A stretch of 64,000 nucleotides of DNA from Gemmatimonadales bacterium. GTDB taxonomy: Bacteria; Gemmatimonadota; Gemmatimonadetes; Gemmatimonadales; GWC2-71-9. The notes under the pieces are model-generated. The model was not told the origin of the DNA, did no database searches, and saw only the letters and a list, made by a program, of their open reading frames with translations. The translations under genes and the position numbers were made by a program. The first letter of the stretch is position 1; each line of letters opens with the position of its first letter. This document shows, one piece after another, positions 54,259-63,597 of this stretch. The stretch lies in the NCBI GenBank assembly GCA_035637455.1, contig DASPXE010000007.1:51097-115096 (forward strand), written 5' to 3'.

Positions 54259-56415
54259 TCAGGCGGTCGGAGGATCGTCGCCCGGCAGCTGACCCTTGAT
54301 CGCCGGCACGTAATGTTCCGTCACGTACTGCCGCAACATGCGCCGGGCACTGAAACGCTGGCCCGCGACGCACAGCGCGTGCTTCATTTTTTCCATCCAG
54401 CCGAGCGGGACGTCGCGCGCATCCCGGGTGTAGAACAGCGGGACCACCTCGTCCTCCAGCAGGCGATACAACTGCTCGGCGTCGGCCGCGTCGGCGTCCG
54501 CTCCCTCCGGCACGCCCGGGATCGCCCAGCCGTTCGACCCATCGTAACCCTCGGCCCACCACCCGTCCAGCGTGCTGAGCTGCGGCACGCCGTTCAAGGC
54601 CGCCTTCATGCCACTGGTGCCGCACGCCTCGAGGGGCGGCCGCGGCAGGTTGAGCCAGAGGTCGACGCCCTGCACCAGATTGTGGCCGAGGTGCATGTCG
54701 TAGTCTTCGATGAAGGCGATTCGCCCCTCGAACCGCGCTTCCCGGGTGTGCGCATAGACGCGCTGGAGCACCTGCTTCCCGGGCTCGTCGCCCGGATGCG
54801 CTTTGCCGGCGAACACGATCTGCACCGGGCGCCAGGGGTTGACGAGCAAGCGCTGCAGCCGGTGAGGATCGCGGAAGATCAGGTCGGCCCGCTTGTAGGT
54901 CGCAAACCGGCGGCCGAAGCCGATGGTCAGGGCGTGATGATCGAGCAGCGTCCCCGCGCCTACGAGGTGCAAGGCCTCTTTCCACTGGTCCGCCCAACGC
55001 CGCCGCGCCTGTTCCCGGATGCCCCGCATCAGATGGGACTTGAGCTCGTTGTGCACCGCCCAGAGCGCGAAGTCATCCAGCTTGAGCATCCTGGCCCACA
55101 CGGCCGGGTCGTCCACGTGCTGCCACCAGTCGGCACCGAGATGGGACTCGAGCAGGGCCACCACCCGGTTCGCCATCCACGTCGCGACATGGACGCCGTT
55201 GGTGATGTCCGTGATCGGCACCCGCGCGGCCTCGCGGTCCGGCCAAAGCGGGGCCCAGATGCGGCGGGACTCCTCGCCGTGACGCCGCGACACCGCGTTC
55301 ACCCGCGCCGAGAGACGGATCGCGGCGACCGACATGTGAAAGCGGTCGTGGTCGAGCGCCGGGTGATGGCCGAGGCGGAACACGTCTTCCCGTCTCACCC
55401 CCATCTCCTGCCACACGGGACCCGTGCACTGCTCCACCTGCTCGGGGGAGAAGGTGTCGTGCCCCGCCGGCACGGGCGTGTGGGTCGTGAATACGCTGGT
55501 CGCGCGCACCCGACGAACCGCGTCCGCAAACGAGGCCCCACTCGCCACGAGCTCACGCACCCGCTCGACCAGCATAAAGGCGGCGTGTCCTTCGTTCGCG
55601 TGCCACACGGCGGGGTCGTATCCTAAGGTACGCAACACCCGTACGCCCCCGACTCCCAAGATCCATTCCTGGCGGAGTCGCAGGTCGGGCCCACCGGCGT
55701 AAAGCCGGTGGCACAGCTGGCGATCGGCGGGGTCGTTCTGCTCGTGGTCGGTGTCCAATAGAAAAATCGGCACCCGGCCCACCATAACTCGCCACGCCCC
55801 GATGCTCACCGCACGCCCGGACAAACGCACTGTGGCGAGGCAGGGATCGCCGTGCGGCCCGCGCACCGGCTCGAGCGGCGTTGCGGCCAGGTCGAACCGC
55901 TCCTCCGCGTCCTCCTGCCACCCGTCGAGCCGGAGCCGCTGATCGGAGTAACCCTTGATATAGAACAACCCCACGCCGAGGAGCGGCACGCCCAGGTCGG
56001 ACGCCGTCTTACAATGGTCTCCCGCGAGAACGCCGAGGCCCCCCGAGTAGATCGGCACCGAGGCGTGCAGCCCGAACTCGGCACAGAAGTAAGCGATTGT
56101 CCGCTGCGCGAGGTCCGGATAGGTCGTCTCGAACCAGGTATCGTGCGTGTCGGCGACCCATCCGTTCCACGCGATGAGCGCGTCGTAGCGCTCCAGGAAG
56201 GCGGGGTCCTGCGCACAAGCCGCCAGCCGCACCGGATCCACCCGGCGCAGCAGCTCGATCGGGTTGTGGCGCGTGAGGTGCCAAAGCGCTCCGTCCAGCA
56301 TCCGGAACAGCGCTCGGGCATCGCGACTCCAGCTCCACGAGAGGTTGGTCGCGACGGCGGCGAGTCCGCTAATGCGTTGGGGAAGGTGTGGGCGGCGCGT
56401 TTCGGGTTGGCTCAT
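54259..56415 (-). CDS. glgP: Alpha-glucan phosphorylase (GT35)
   Basis: 718 aa with AYFCAEFGLH, YSGGLGVLAGDH, FTTHTPVPAG, and EACGTSGMKAALNG (pyridoxal-phosphate Lys context). Confidence 0.9.
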   Translation of the reverse strand: MSQPETRRPHLPQRISGLAAVATNLSWSWSRDARALFRMLDGALWHLTRHNPIELLRRVDPVRLAACAQDPAFLERYDALIAWNGWVADTHDTWFETTYPDLAQRTIAYFCAEFGLHASVPIYSGGLGVLAGDHCKTASDLGVPLLGVGLFYIKGYSDQRLRLDGWQEDAEERFDLAATPLEPVRGPHGDPCLATVRLSGRAVSIGAWRVMVGRVPIFLLDTDHEQNDPADRQLCHRLYAGGPDLRLRQEWILGVGGVRVLRTLGYDPAVWHANEGHAAFMLVERVRELVASGASFADAVRRVRATSVFTTHTPVPAGHDTFSPEQVEQCTGPVWQEMGVRREDVFRLGHHPALDHDRFHMSVAAIRLSARVNAVSRRHGEESRRIWAPLWPDREAARVPITDITNGVHVATWMANRVVALLESHLGADWWQHVDDPAVWARMLKLDDFALWAVHNELKSHLMRGIREQARRRWADQWKEALHLVGAGTLLDHHALTIGFGRRFATYKRADLIFRDPHRLQRLLVNPWRPVQIVFAGKAHPGDEPGKQVLQRVYAHTREARFEGRIAFIEDYDMHLGHNLVQGVDLWLNLPRPPLEACGTSGMKAALNGVPQLSTLDGWWAEGYDGSNGWAIPGVPEGADADAADAEQLYRLLEDEVVPLFYTRDARDVPLGWMEKMKHALCVAGQRFSARRMLRQYVTEHYVPAIKGQLPGDDPPTA

Positions 56416-56522
56416 CGCGCCTGCAAGTTAAGCGAGGAAGGGGCGCGGCGGCGAGGGAGGCAGGGCCTGGTGGCGCGGTGCGCTCGTGGCGATCCTATGC
56501 TCCGTTCTGGACCGGTTCAGCC

Positions 56523-57425
56523 ATGCCCGAGCTCCCCGACATCGTGGCGTACCTCGCAGCGCTGCAATCGCGCGTCGTCGGAGCGCGGCTCGAGCGGCTC
56601 CGCATCTCGAGCCCCTTTCTGCTCCGGTCGGTCGACCCGCCGCCCGAGGAGCTCGCGGGCCGCGTCCTGCGGCGGCTCGAGCGGCTCGGGAAGCGTATCG
56701 TCCTCTGCCTCGACGACGACTACTTCGTGATCCTGCATCTCATGATCGCCGGCCGGCTGCGGTGGCGCGCGCCCGACGCGCCGATCCCCAAACGCCTAGG
56801 ACTGGCGGCCTTCGATTTTCCCGCCGGTACGGTCCTCCTTACCGAAGCAGGCAGCAAGCACCGCGCCTCACTCTATCTCGCGCGCGGCGCGGCGGGTCTC
56901 GCCGCACACGACCCCGGCGGCATCGACGTGCTCGCGGCCGACCGCGCGGCGTTCGGGGCGGCGCTGACGCGGGAGTCCCACACCCTCAAACGGGCGCTCA
57001 CCGACCCACGCCTCTTCTCAGGAATCGGCAACGCCTACTCCGACGAGATTCTGCACGCCGCGCGGCTGTCGCCCCTCAAGCTCACCACCCAGGTCACGCG
57101 GGAAGAAGTGGACCGACTGCATCGCGCCACGCACGATACGTTGAGCGCGTGGATCGAGCGCCTCCGCGCCCAGACGGGGGACGGCTTCCCAGAGGGGGTC
57201 ACCGCGTTCCGGGAAGGCATGGCGGTGCACGGCCGCTATCGCAAACCGTGTCCGGTCTGCGGCTCGCCGGTGCAGCGGATCCGCTACGCCGAAAACGAGG
57301 TGAACTACTGCGCGACGTGCCAGACCGGCGGGCGGGTGCTCGCCGATCGGGCGCTGTCGCGGCTGCTGCAGGAAGACTGGCCGCGCTCGTTGGAAGAATG
57401 GGAAGCGCGGCTGCCGGGCCCTTAG
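56523..57425 (+). CDS. Fpg/Nei family DNA glycosylase / AP lyase
   Basis: Starts MPELPDIVAYL (catalytic Pro2, Glu3). The H2TH region is GIGNAYSDEILHAARL, and the C-terminal zinc finger is CPVCGSPV...YCATCQ. Confidence 0.85.
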   Translation: MPELPDIVAYLAALQSRVVGARLERLRISSPFLLRSVDPPPEELAGRVLRRLERLGKRIVLCLDDDYFVILHLMIAGRLRWRAPDAPIPKRLGLAAFDFPAGTVLLTEAGSKHRASLYLARGAAGLAAHDPGGIDVLAADRAAFGAALTRESHTLKRALTDPRLFSGIGNAYSDEILHAARLSPLKLTTQVTREEVDRLHRATHDTLSAWIERLRAQTGDGFPEGVTAFREGMAVHGRYRKPCPVCGSPVQRIRYAENEVNYCATCQTGGRVLADRALSRLLQEDWPRSLEEWEARLPGP

Positions 57426-58036
57426 CGCGTGGCGAGTCGCGCCGCCGCCGCGAAGTCCTCCGGCGTATCGACGTCCATCAGTGCCTCCGCGGGCCAGTCC
57501 ATGAACAACGCCTCGTCCCGGTGGCGTTGCACCACGGTCTTGCCGCACCCCTCGCCGGTCCATGCGAGCAGCTCGGCGAACAGCGCGCGGCGAAACAGCA
57601 GCGGCGGCGCCGTGATGTCCGCATAGCGCGAAACCACCAGCGGCGCTGGGGTGCCCCGCGCCGCGGCGGCGACGAGCGCGCCGAGCATCTGCTCGGTCAC
57701 GAGCACCATGTCGGCGAGCATCACGACTGCCGCGTCCACGTCCGCAGGCAGACCCTCGAGCCCCTTGTGCAGCGACCCGCTCGTCGGGCCGGCGAAGTCC
57801 GCGTTCACGACGAACTCGCAGGCGAGCCCGGCGAGCGCGGCCCGCACCTGGTCCGGCTCGTGCCCCAGCACGACCACGACCGGCGAGAGGCGCGCGGCGA
57901 GCGCCCGCCGCGCGACGCGGCGCACCACCGCCTCCCCCTCGAGCTCGAGCAGCATCTTGTTCGTGCCCATGCGGCGCGACGCGCCGGCCGCGAGGATCAC
58001 GCCGGCGACGCGGCCGGGCTCAGTCGGGTGGGGCAT
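57422..58036 (-). CDS. MobA-like NTP transferase (MocA-type molybdenum cofactor cytidylyltransferase)
   Basis: Contains AGVILAAGASRRMGTNKMLL and VMLADMV. It overlaps the XdhC gene by 17 nt. Confidence 0.7.
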   Translation of the reverse strand: MPHPTEPGRVAGVILAAGASRRMGTNKMLLELEGEAVVRRVARRALAARLSPVVVVLGHEPDQVRAALAGLACEFVVNADFAGPTSGSLHKGLEGLPADVDAAVVMLADMVLVTEQMLGALVAAAARGTPAPLVVSRYADITAPPLLFRRALFAELLAWTGEGCGKTVVQRHRDEALFMDWPAEALMDVDTPEDFAAAARLATR

Positions 58037-59126
58037 GAATCGACGCCTTGCGCTCGCGCAGCGAGTCGGCCGGACGCCCCGAGCGCACCGCGAGCACCTC
58101 CGCGATCACGGCGAGCGCGACTTGCTCGGCGCCGTCGGTGCCGATGTCCAGGCCGACGGGCCCGTAGATCCGGCCTTCGTCAACTGCTCCTTCGGCGCTC
58201 AGGTTGCGGACGATGCGCTCGGTGCGCTGCCGCGGACCCAGCATGCCGATGTAGGGAGCGGGGGTGCGGAGCAGGGCCCGGAGATACGCCTGATCGTCCG
58301 CGAAGTTGTGCGTCATCACGACGGCATAGCTCGCCCCGTCGAGCGACAGGCGCGCGGCCAGATCGGCGCCGTCGCTCGCAACCAGCCCCGCCGCCGTCGG
58401 GAACCACTCGCTCCTGAGGTAGCCGGGGCGGCGGTCCACGACGACCACGCGAAAGCCGACCTCCGCCGCGAGGCGGGCAAGCGGTCGCGCGTCCTCGCCG
58501 GCCCCGAACAACACCAGCTGCGGCGGCGGGAGGAAGACGTCGAAAAACACCGTGCGACCGCCGATCTCGTGGAGCCCCGATTGCTCTGTACCGAGCAGTG
58601 AACGAGCCTGTCTCGCCGCGCGGGCGTTCAGGTCAGCCGAGCCCAGATCGCCTTCGACTGCGTCTTGGGTCACGATGAGCCTGCCCCTTCCCCCTTCCCC
58701 CTTCCCCGGCAGTTCACCCTTCCCCGGCATCACACCGCAGACGACCAACGGCTCCCGCCCATCGAGCAACGCGCGCTCCCGCGGCCGGGGCTCCGTCGCC
58801 GGTTCTACGAACACATCCACCTGCCCCTCGCAGCCCACCCCCAGGTCCCACGCCTCGACCTCGTCCGCGCTCGAACAATAGGTGCGGAGCTGGGCTGCGC
58901 CGGTCCGGATCACCTGCAACGCTACCTCGCGCACGTCCTGCTCGAGACAGCCACCGCTGACGTTCCCCGTCGTGCTCCCATCCTCGGCGACGAGGAGCTT
59001 CGCCCCCTCGTGACGGTACGCCGAGCCGCGCACGCGCACCACGGTGGCGAGCGCGACGCGCCGACCGGCGCGTACGAGCTCGGCCAGGCGGTCGAGGACG
59101 GCTCGGGTCTCAAGCCACTGTTTCAT
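58020..59126 (-). CDS. XdhC/CoxI family molybdoenzyme maturation protein
   Basis: N-terminal XdhC_CoxI domain (ALATVVRVRGSAYRHEGAKLLV) and a C-terminal Rossmann domain (LVLFGAGEDARPLARLA). Contains an inserted GKGELPGKGEGG repeat. Confidence 0.8.
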   Translation of the reverse strand: MKQWLETRAVLDRLAELVRAGRRVALATVVRVRGSAYRHEGAKLLVAEDGSTTGNVSGGCLEQDVREVALQVIRTGAAQLRTYCSSADEVEAWDLGVGCEGQVDVFVEPATEPRPRERALLDGREPLVVCGVMPGKGELPGKGEGGRGRLIVTQDAVEGDLGSADLNARAARQARSLLGTEQSGLHEIGGRTVFFDVFLPPPQLVLFGAGEDARPLARLAAEVGFRVVVVDRRPGYLRSEWFPTAAGLVASDGADLAARLSLDGASYAVVMTHNFADDQAYLRALLRTPAPYIGMLGPRQRTERIVRNLSAEGAVDEGRIYGPVGLDIGTDGAEQVALAVIAEVLAVRSGRPADSLRERKASIHAPPD

Positions 59127-59177
59127 GGGTTCACGTACGCTATCGGAGTGAGGGGAGAGTCCGCAACGTCGCAGGGC

Positions 59178-60560
59178 CTAGCGAGTCAACTCGACAGTCT
59201 CCCCATCCCCCGCCACCCGCACGTCCCAGCGCAGCCGTTGCTTGATCGCCGCGGCCATCCCTTGTGCCCCCTCCGGCTCGCCGTGTACCAGGTAGGTCGC
59301 GCGGGGCGGGCGCTCGAACCCCCCCAGCCAGCGGAGCGTCTCCTCACAGTCCGCGTGCGCCGACAAGGCGTCGATCCGCTCCACGCGGGCCCGTACCGGC
59401 ACCGCCTGGCCGAACAGCGTGAGCTGCTTGGCGCCCTCCTCGAGCGCCCGGCCGCGGGTGCCGGCCGCCTGGAATCCGGTGAGCAGCACCGTGGTGAGCG
59501 GATCGGGGAGCCGCTGCACGAGATGATGCAGGATGCGGCCCCCCGTGGCCATGCCGCTCGACGAGATGATGATGATCGGTCCCCGGACGGCGTTGATCGC
59601 CTTCGATTCCTCCACGCTCCGGGCGATGCGCAACTGCTGGGTCGCGAGCGGCCGGCCGCCGGACGCGAGCGCCTGCGCCATCTGCGCGTCGCAGTCCTCC
59701 GGGTGGCGCCGGTAGATATCGGTCACGTCGATCGCCATCGGGCTGTCGATGTAGGTCGGCAGCGCCGGGATGCGCTGCGCCTCCTCCAGGCGGTGGAGCA
59801 GCCACAACAGCTCCTGGGTGCGATCGACCGCGAAGGCGGGCACGACGATCGCACCCCCGCGCTGCGCCGCCGCGCACACGATGCGCGTCAGGTCGTCCTC
59901 GGCGCCGGACGGGTGCGGGCGGTCGCCGTACGTCGACTCGAGCAGCAGCACATCCGCCGTGGGAACCGGTTCGGGGTCGGGCAGAATGGGCCGGTCGTAC
60001 CGCCCCAGGTCGCCCGAGAAGACCAGGCGCGTCCCGGCGACGTCGAGCTGCACCGTCGCCGCGCCGAGGATGTGCCCGGAGCAGCGGAGCAGTGCGGTCA
60101 TACCGTCACACACGGCGAACACCTGATCATAGGGCCGCGGCTCGACCAGCTGCAGCGCGGCCCGCGCGTCCGCCGCCGTGTAGAGGGGCAGCGCCGGGTG
60201 GTGCCGCGAGTAGCCGTGGCGGTTCGCCCGCGCGGCGTCGTCCTCCTGGAGCCGCGCCGCGTCGGGGAGCACCACGCCGAGCAGCTCCGCCGTGGCCGCG
60301 GTGCAGTAAATCGGCCCGCGGAAGCCTTGCCGCGCGACCAGGGGCAGGTATCCCGAATGATCGATGTGGGCGTGGGAAAGCACGACGGCGTCGAGGGACG
60401 CGGCGTCGGGGAGCCGCGCCGTCCAGTTGCGGAGCCGCAGCTCCTTCAAGCCTTGAAACAAGCCGCAGTCGAGGAGCAAGCGCCGGGCACCGGTGGTGAC
60501 GAGATGCATCGACCCGGTCACGGTGCCGGCCGCTCCGAGGAACTGCAGCGTCGCGCTCAC
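59178..60560 (-). CDS. MBL-fold beta-CASP hydrolase (RNA-metabolising type)
   Basis: Starts (M)SATLQFLGAAGTVTGS. Contains LSHAHIDHSGYLP, the beta-CASP part (LLESTYGDR) and the C-terminal SAHAD motif. GTGA overlap with the SulP stop. Confidence 0.85.
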   Translation of the reverse strand: MSATLQFLGAAGTVTGSMHLVTTGARRLLLDCGLFQGLKELRLRNWTARLPDAASLDAVVLSHAHIDHSGYLPLVARQGFRGPIYCTAATAELLGVVLPDAARLQEDDAARANRHGYSRHHPALPLYTAADARAALQLVEPRPYDQVFAVCDGMTALLRCSGHILGAATVQLDVAGTRLVFSGDLGRYDRPILPDPEPVPTADVLLLESTYGDRPHPSGAEDDLTRIVCAAAQRGGAIVVPAFAVDRTQELLWLLHRLEEAQRIPALPTYIDSPMAIDVTDIYRRHPEDCDAQMAQALASGGRPLATQQLRIARSVEESKAINAVRGPIIIISSSGMATGGRILHHLVQRLPDPLTTVLLTGFQAAGTRGRALEEGAKQLTLFGQAVPVRARVERIDALSAHADCEETLRWLGGFERPPRATYLVHGEPEGAQGMAAAIKQRLRWDVRVAGDGETVELTR

Positions 60561-62275
60561 CCCTTTTCCCGCGCCACGGTGGGCGTCGCGAACCCGGGCC
60601 GTGGCATGGGCGGCAGGCCGAGGTGCGCGCGGGCGCGGTTCAGGGCGTCGTCGATATTGCCGTGGACGTTCTCTTCGCCGAGCTCATCGTACATCCCCGA
60701 GCGCTCGAGCGCGACCACGGGTTGGGCATGCACGTCCGAGAGGAGGACCAGCGTCCCCTCGTGGCGCCCCCGCTTCACCAGCTCGCGCAGCGCGTGCAGG
60801 CCCGTCGAGTCGATCGCCGGCACGTGGCGCATGCGGAGGATCAGCACCTTGGGACGGGCGGCGAAGCGGCCCAGCCGGTCCCGCAGCGTCTCCGCCGCCC
60901 CGAAGAAGAACGGGCCCGTGATCTCGTAGACCTCGACCCCGGGCGGCACGACGCGCCGCCGCACCGCGTTGGGATCCTGCTCGAAGTCATCAGTTGGGTC
61001 GTGAAACTCGTGGGTGAGCACGCTGATGTTCACGACTTCCGCCATGCGGCGCATGAACAGGAACGCTGCGAGCACCATCCCGACTTCGATCGCCACGGTC
61101 AGGTCAACGAGCACGGTCAGGAGGAACGTGGTGAGCAACACCGCAACGTCGCTCTTCGGCGCGCGGAACTCGGCCCGGAAGACACGCCACTCGCTCATGC
61201 TGTAGGCGACGACCACCAGGATGGCGGCGAGGGTCGCCATGGGAATCAGGCCGGCCCAGCGGCCGAAGAACAAGGCGATCAAGAGCAACGTGACCGCGTG
61301 CACCATCCCCGCGACCGGCGTTCGGCCGCCGTTCTTCACGTTGGTGGCCGTGCGTGCGATCGCACCGGTCGCCGGGATCCCGCCGAACAGGGGCGCGGCG
61401 ATGTTCGCCACGCCTTGCGCCACGAGTTCCATGTTCGAGCGGTGCCGGCCCCCGATCATGCCGTCCGCCACCACCGCCGACAGCAGCGATTCGATCGCGC
61501 CGAGCAGCGCGATCGTGAACGCCGGCGCCATGAGCCCGGGCAGCTGCGACGCGGTCACCGTGGGGAGGGCGGGCGCCGGGAGTGTGGCGTCGATCACGCC
61601 GAACCGGGTGCCGATCGTGTCCACCGGCAGGTGCAGCAGCTGCACCAGCGCTGTGGTGACGATAAGCGCGACGAACGGGCTCGGTACGCGCCGATTCACG
61701 TACGGCCACCCCACGATGATCGCGAGCGTGGTCAGCGCGACGAGCACCGCCCAGGGATCGACTGCGTTGAAGTGCGAGCCAAAGGCGCGCCACTTGTCGA
61801 GGAAGTCGGCCGGAACCGTCCCCATGCGCAGGCCGAGGAAGTCCTTCACCTGGCTCGAGAAGATGATGAGCGCGATCCCGCTGGTGAAACCGATCGTCAC
61901 GGGGTAGGGAATGAACTTGATCGCACCGCCCAGACGCACCAGCCCGAACAGGACCAGGATCACGCCGGCCATCAGGGTCGCGGCGCCGAGCCCGTCCACC
62001 CCGTGCTTCTGCACGATGGAATACACGATGACGACGAACGCGCCGGTCGGCCCGCCGATCTGCACGCGCGAGCCGCCCAACGCCGAGATGATGAACCCGG
62101 CCACGATGGCGGTGAACAGGCCGCGCTCAGGGGTGACGCCGCTCGCAATCGCGAACGCGATCGCGAGCGGCAGCGCGACGATGCCGACGATCACCCCCGC
62201 GACCACGTCGGCGAACAGCTGCTCGCGGCTGTAACCCTTGAGCGTGGTGACGAGTTTCGGGACGAGCTGGTCCAG
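60557..62275 (-). CDS. SulP family anion transporter with C-terminal STAS domain
   Basis: The transmembrane core is followed by STAS (PKVLILRMRHVPAIDSTGLHAL). The track starts at GTG 62206. However, the conserved N-terminal segment LVPKLVTTLKGYSREQLFAD lies upstream with only a CTG (62275) available, preceded by AGGA at 7 nt. Confidence 0.8.
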   Translation of the reverse strand: MDQLVPKLVTTLKGYSREQLFADVVAGVIVGIVALPLAIAFAIASGVTPERGLFTAIVAGFIISALGGSRVQIGGPTGAFVVIVYSIVQKHGVDGLGAATLMAGVILVLFGLVRLGGAIKFIPYPVTIGFTSGIALIIFSSQVKDFLGLRMGTVPADFLDKWRAFGSHFNAVDPWAVLVALTTLAIIVGWPYVNRRVPSPFVALIVTTALVQLLHLPVDTIGTRFGVIDATLPAPALPTVTASQLPGLMAPAFTIALLGAIESLLSAVVADGMIGGRHRSNMELVAQGVANIAAPLFGGIPATGAIARTATNVKNGGRTPVAGMVHAVTLLLIALFFGRWAGLIPMATLAAILVVVAYSMSEWRVFRAEFRAPKSDVAVLLTTFLLTVLVDLTVAIEVGMVLAAFLFMRRMAEVVNISVLTHEFHDPTDDFEQDPNAVRRRVVPPGVEVYEITGPFFFGAAETLRDRLGRFAARPKVLILRMRHVPAIDSTGLHALRELVKRGRHEGTLVLLSDVHAQPVVALERSGMYDELGEENVHGNIDDALNRARAHLGLPPMPRPGFATPTVAREKG

Positions 62276-62321
62276 ATCCCGATCCTGTTAGGGGCAGGGA
62301 GAATCTAACCAGGGCCGCGGC

Positions 62322-62349
62322 GTAGGGGCGCAGTATGCTGCGCCCCTAC
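62322..62349. repeat. 28-nt palindrome GTAGGGGCGCAGTATGCTGCGCCCCTAC (REP-like element, copy 2)
   Basis: Matches the copy at 18393-18420 at 27/28 positions. Lies in the intergenic region upstream of SulP and downstream of DoxX. Confidence 0.9.
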
Positions 62350-62419
62350 GATACACGGCCGGCTTCCCGACAGCGGGCGAGCCGCGGGTTCACCCGCGGC
62401 CCGGTGTGGCAGTTACCGG

Positions 62420-62830
62420 TTACCGTGCCAGCCCCAGCACGTGGTCGAGCGAGTACGCCCCAGGCCCGAGTGCCACCACCGCCAGCGCGGCGATGACGAG
62501 CACCAGGTTGTATTCGTAGCCGCCGTTCTGCACGAAGAAGCCCTTCGGTCCGTGGACCTTGGCGATCGCGACCGCCATGGTGGCCAGCACCAGCAGCCCC
62601 GCGATCGGCGTCAACCAGCCGAGCAGGAACAGCAGCCCGGCAGCGAGCTCGCCGCCGACCGCGAGCGCGGTCCACAGGCGCGCCGGGCGGAACCCCAGGC
62701 TCCCGATGAACCCGGTGGCGCCCGGGAAGCCCGGGCCGCCAAACGCGCCAAATGCCTTCTGCGCCCCATGGCCCAGGAACACCACGCCCAAGGTCAGGCG
62801 CAGCGCCAGCAAACCCAGATCTGCGAACAT
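62420..62830 (-). CDS. DoxX family membrane protein
   Basis: ATG 62830 lies behind GGAGG, giving MFADLGLLALRLTLGVVFLGHGAQKAFGAFGG. Four TM helices. Confidence 0.8.
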   Translation of the reverse strand: MFADLGLLALRLTLGVVFLGHGAQKAFGAFGGPGFPGATGFIGSLGFRPARLWTALAVGGELAAGLLFLLGWLTPIAGLLVLATMAVAIAKVHGPKGFFVQNGGYEYNLVLVIAALAVVALGPGAYSLDHVLGLAR

Positions 62831-62862
62831 GGTACCACCTCCCTTAAGACCATCCACACTTC

Positions 62863-62876
62863 TCTCGAAATCGAGA
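62863..62876. promoter_or_regulatory. Perfect palindrome TCTCGA-AA-TCGAGA in the DoxX/MarR divergent region (candidate MarR operator)
   Basis: 6-2-6 inverted repeat located 33 nt from the DoxX start and 60 nt from the MarR start. The segment is locally AT-rich. Confidence 0.35.
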
Positions 62877-62935
62877 TATTTGACTTCGAACCACCTGGGG
62901 AACAACTTCCCTCGTCCCCAGGTTCCGGAGGCAAC

Positions 62936-63412
62936 ATGAAACGCTCACCCACCGCGGCCCGCGCCGACGCGCCGCTCAAGCTCTGGATCGTGCTGGCCCG
63001 GGCGTTCGACGCGGTGGACCGCCACTCGCGCGCCAGCATCGCACGCTTCGGGCTCGGGACCACCGAGTTCGGGGTGCTGGAGGTGCTGTACCACAAAGGA
63101 GAGCTGCCGGTGTGCGAGGTGCAGCGGCGCATCCTGGTCGAGTCGAGCAGCACCACCTACGTCGTGGACAAGCTGTACGAGCGGGGGCTCGTGCGGCGGC
63201 GGCCCAGCGCCACCGACCGCCGGGTAACGCTGCTCGCCCTCACGACGGCGGGACGACGCCTCATCGAGCGCAGCTTCCCCCCGCACGCGGCGGCGATGCG
63301 GCGGGCGGTCGGCGCGCTGCCGCACCGCGAGCAGGCGCAGGCGGTGCGCCTGCTGCGCGCGTTGGGGACGGGAGCAGCCAACCGGCTCAACCGCAATGAG
63401 ACGAGAACATGA
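62936..63412 (+). CDS. MarR family transcriptional regulator
   Basis: 158 aa from ATG 62936. The winged helix-turn-helix reads LGTTEFGVLEVLYHKGELPVCEVQRRILVESSSTTYVVDKLYERGLVRRRPSATDRRVTLLALT. Confidence 0.85.
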   Translation: MKRSPTAARADAPLKLWIVLARAFDAVDRHSRASIARFGLGTTEFGVLEVLYHKGELPVCEVQRRILVESSSTTYVVDKLYERGLVRRRPSATDRRVTLLALTTAGRRLIERSFPPHAAAMRRAVGALPHREQAQAVRLLRALGTGAANRLNRNETRT

Positions 63413-63597
63413 TCGCGGGCGCCAACAGGGCGCTGGAGAATGGACTGCAGCCCCCGGCCGCGGAGTGCGCGAGTGAACTCGCGGCTCGGCATCTGCCCGT
63501 AAACGGGCGTGCTCCTCCGCTTCAGCGGTAGGGGCCGAGTCGCGGCTTCAGCCGCGCATCACGGGCACGGCGTCGACTAAGCCTTTTCAGCAGCCTG

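Noticed and set aside
58683-58730. C/T-rich repeat CCCTTCCCCGGCA x2 (plus CCCTTCCCCC runs) inside the XdhC gene, resembling the CCCCTTTCCCG x2 repeat at 37935-37959.
   Set aside because: Within xdhC it is in frame and simply encodes a duplicated GKGE(L)PGKGEGG linker. At 37935 it is the purine-rich ribosome-binding region of the ATPase on the other strand. There is no evidence of a shared mobile or regulatory element.
63413-63597. A series of short hairpins with TTCA loops (63468-63483, 63495-63508, 63517-63528, 63541-63556, and also 62381-62400), considered as a possible small structured RNA.
   Set aside because: The stems are only 4-8 bp and GC-driven, which is expected by chance at this GC content. 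The region lies between convergent genes, so weak terminators are the simpler explanation. There is no covariation evidence available.
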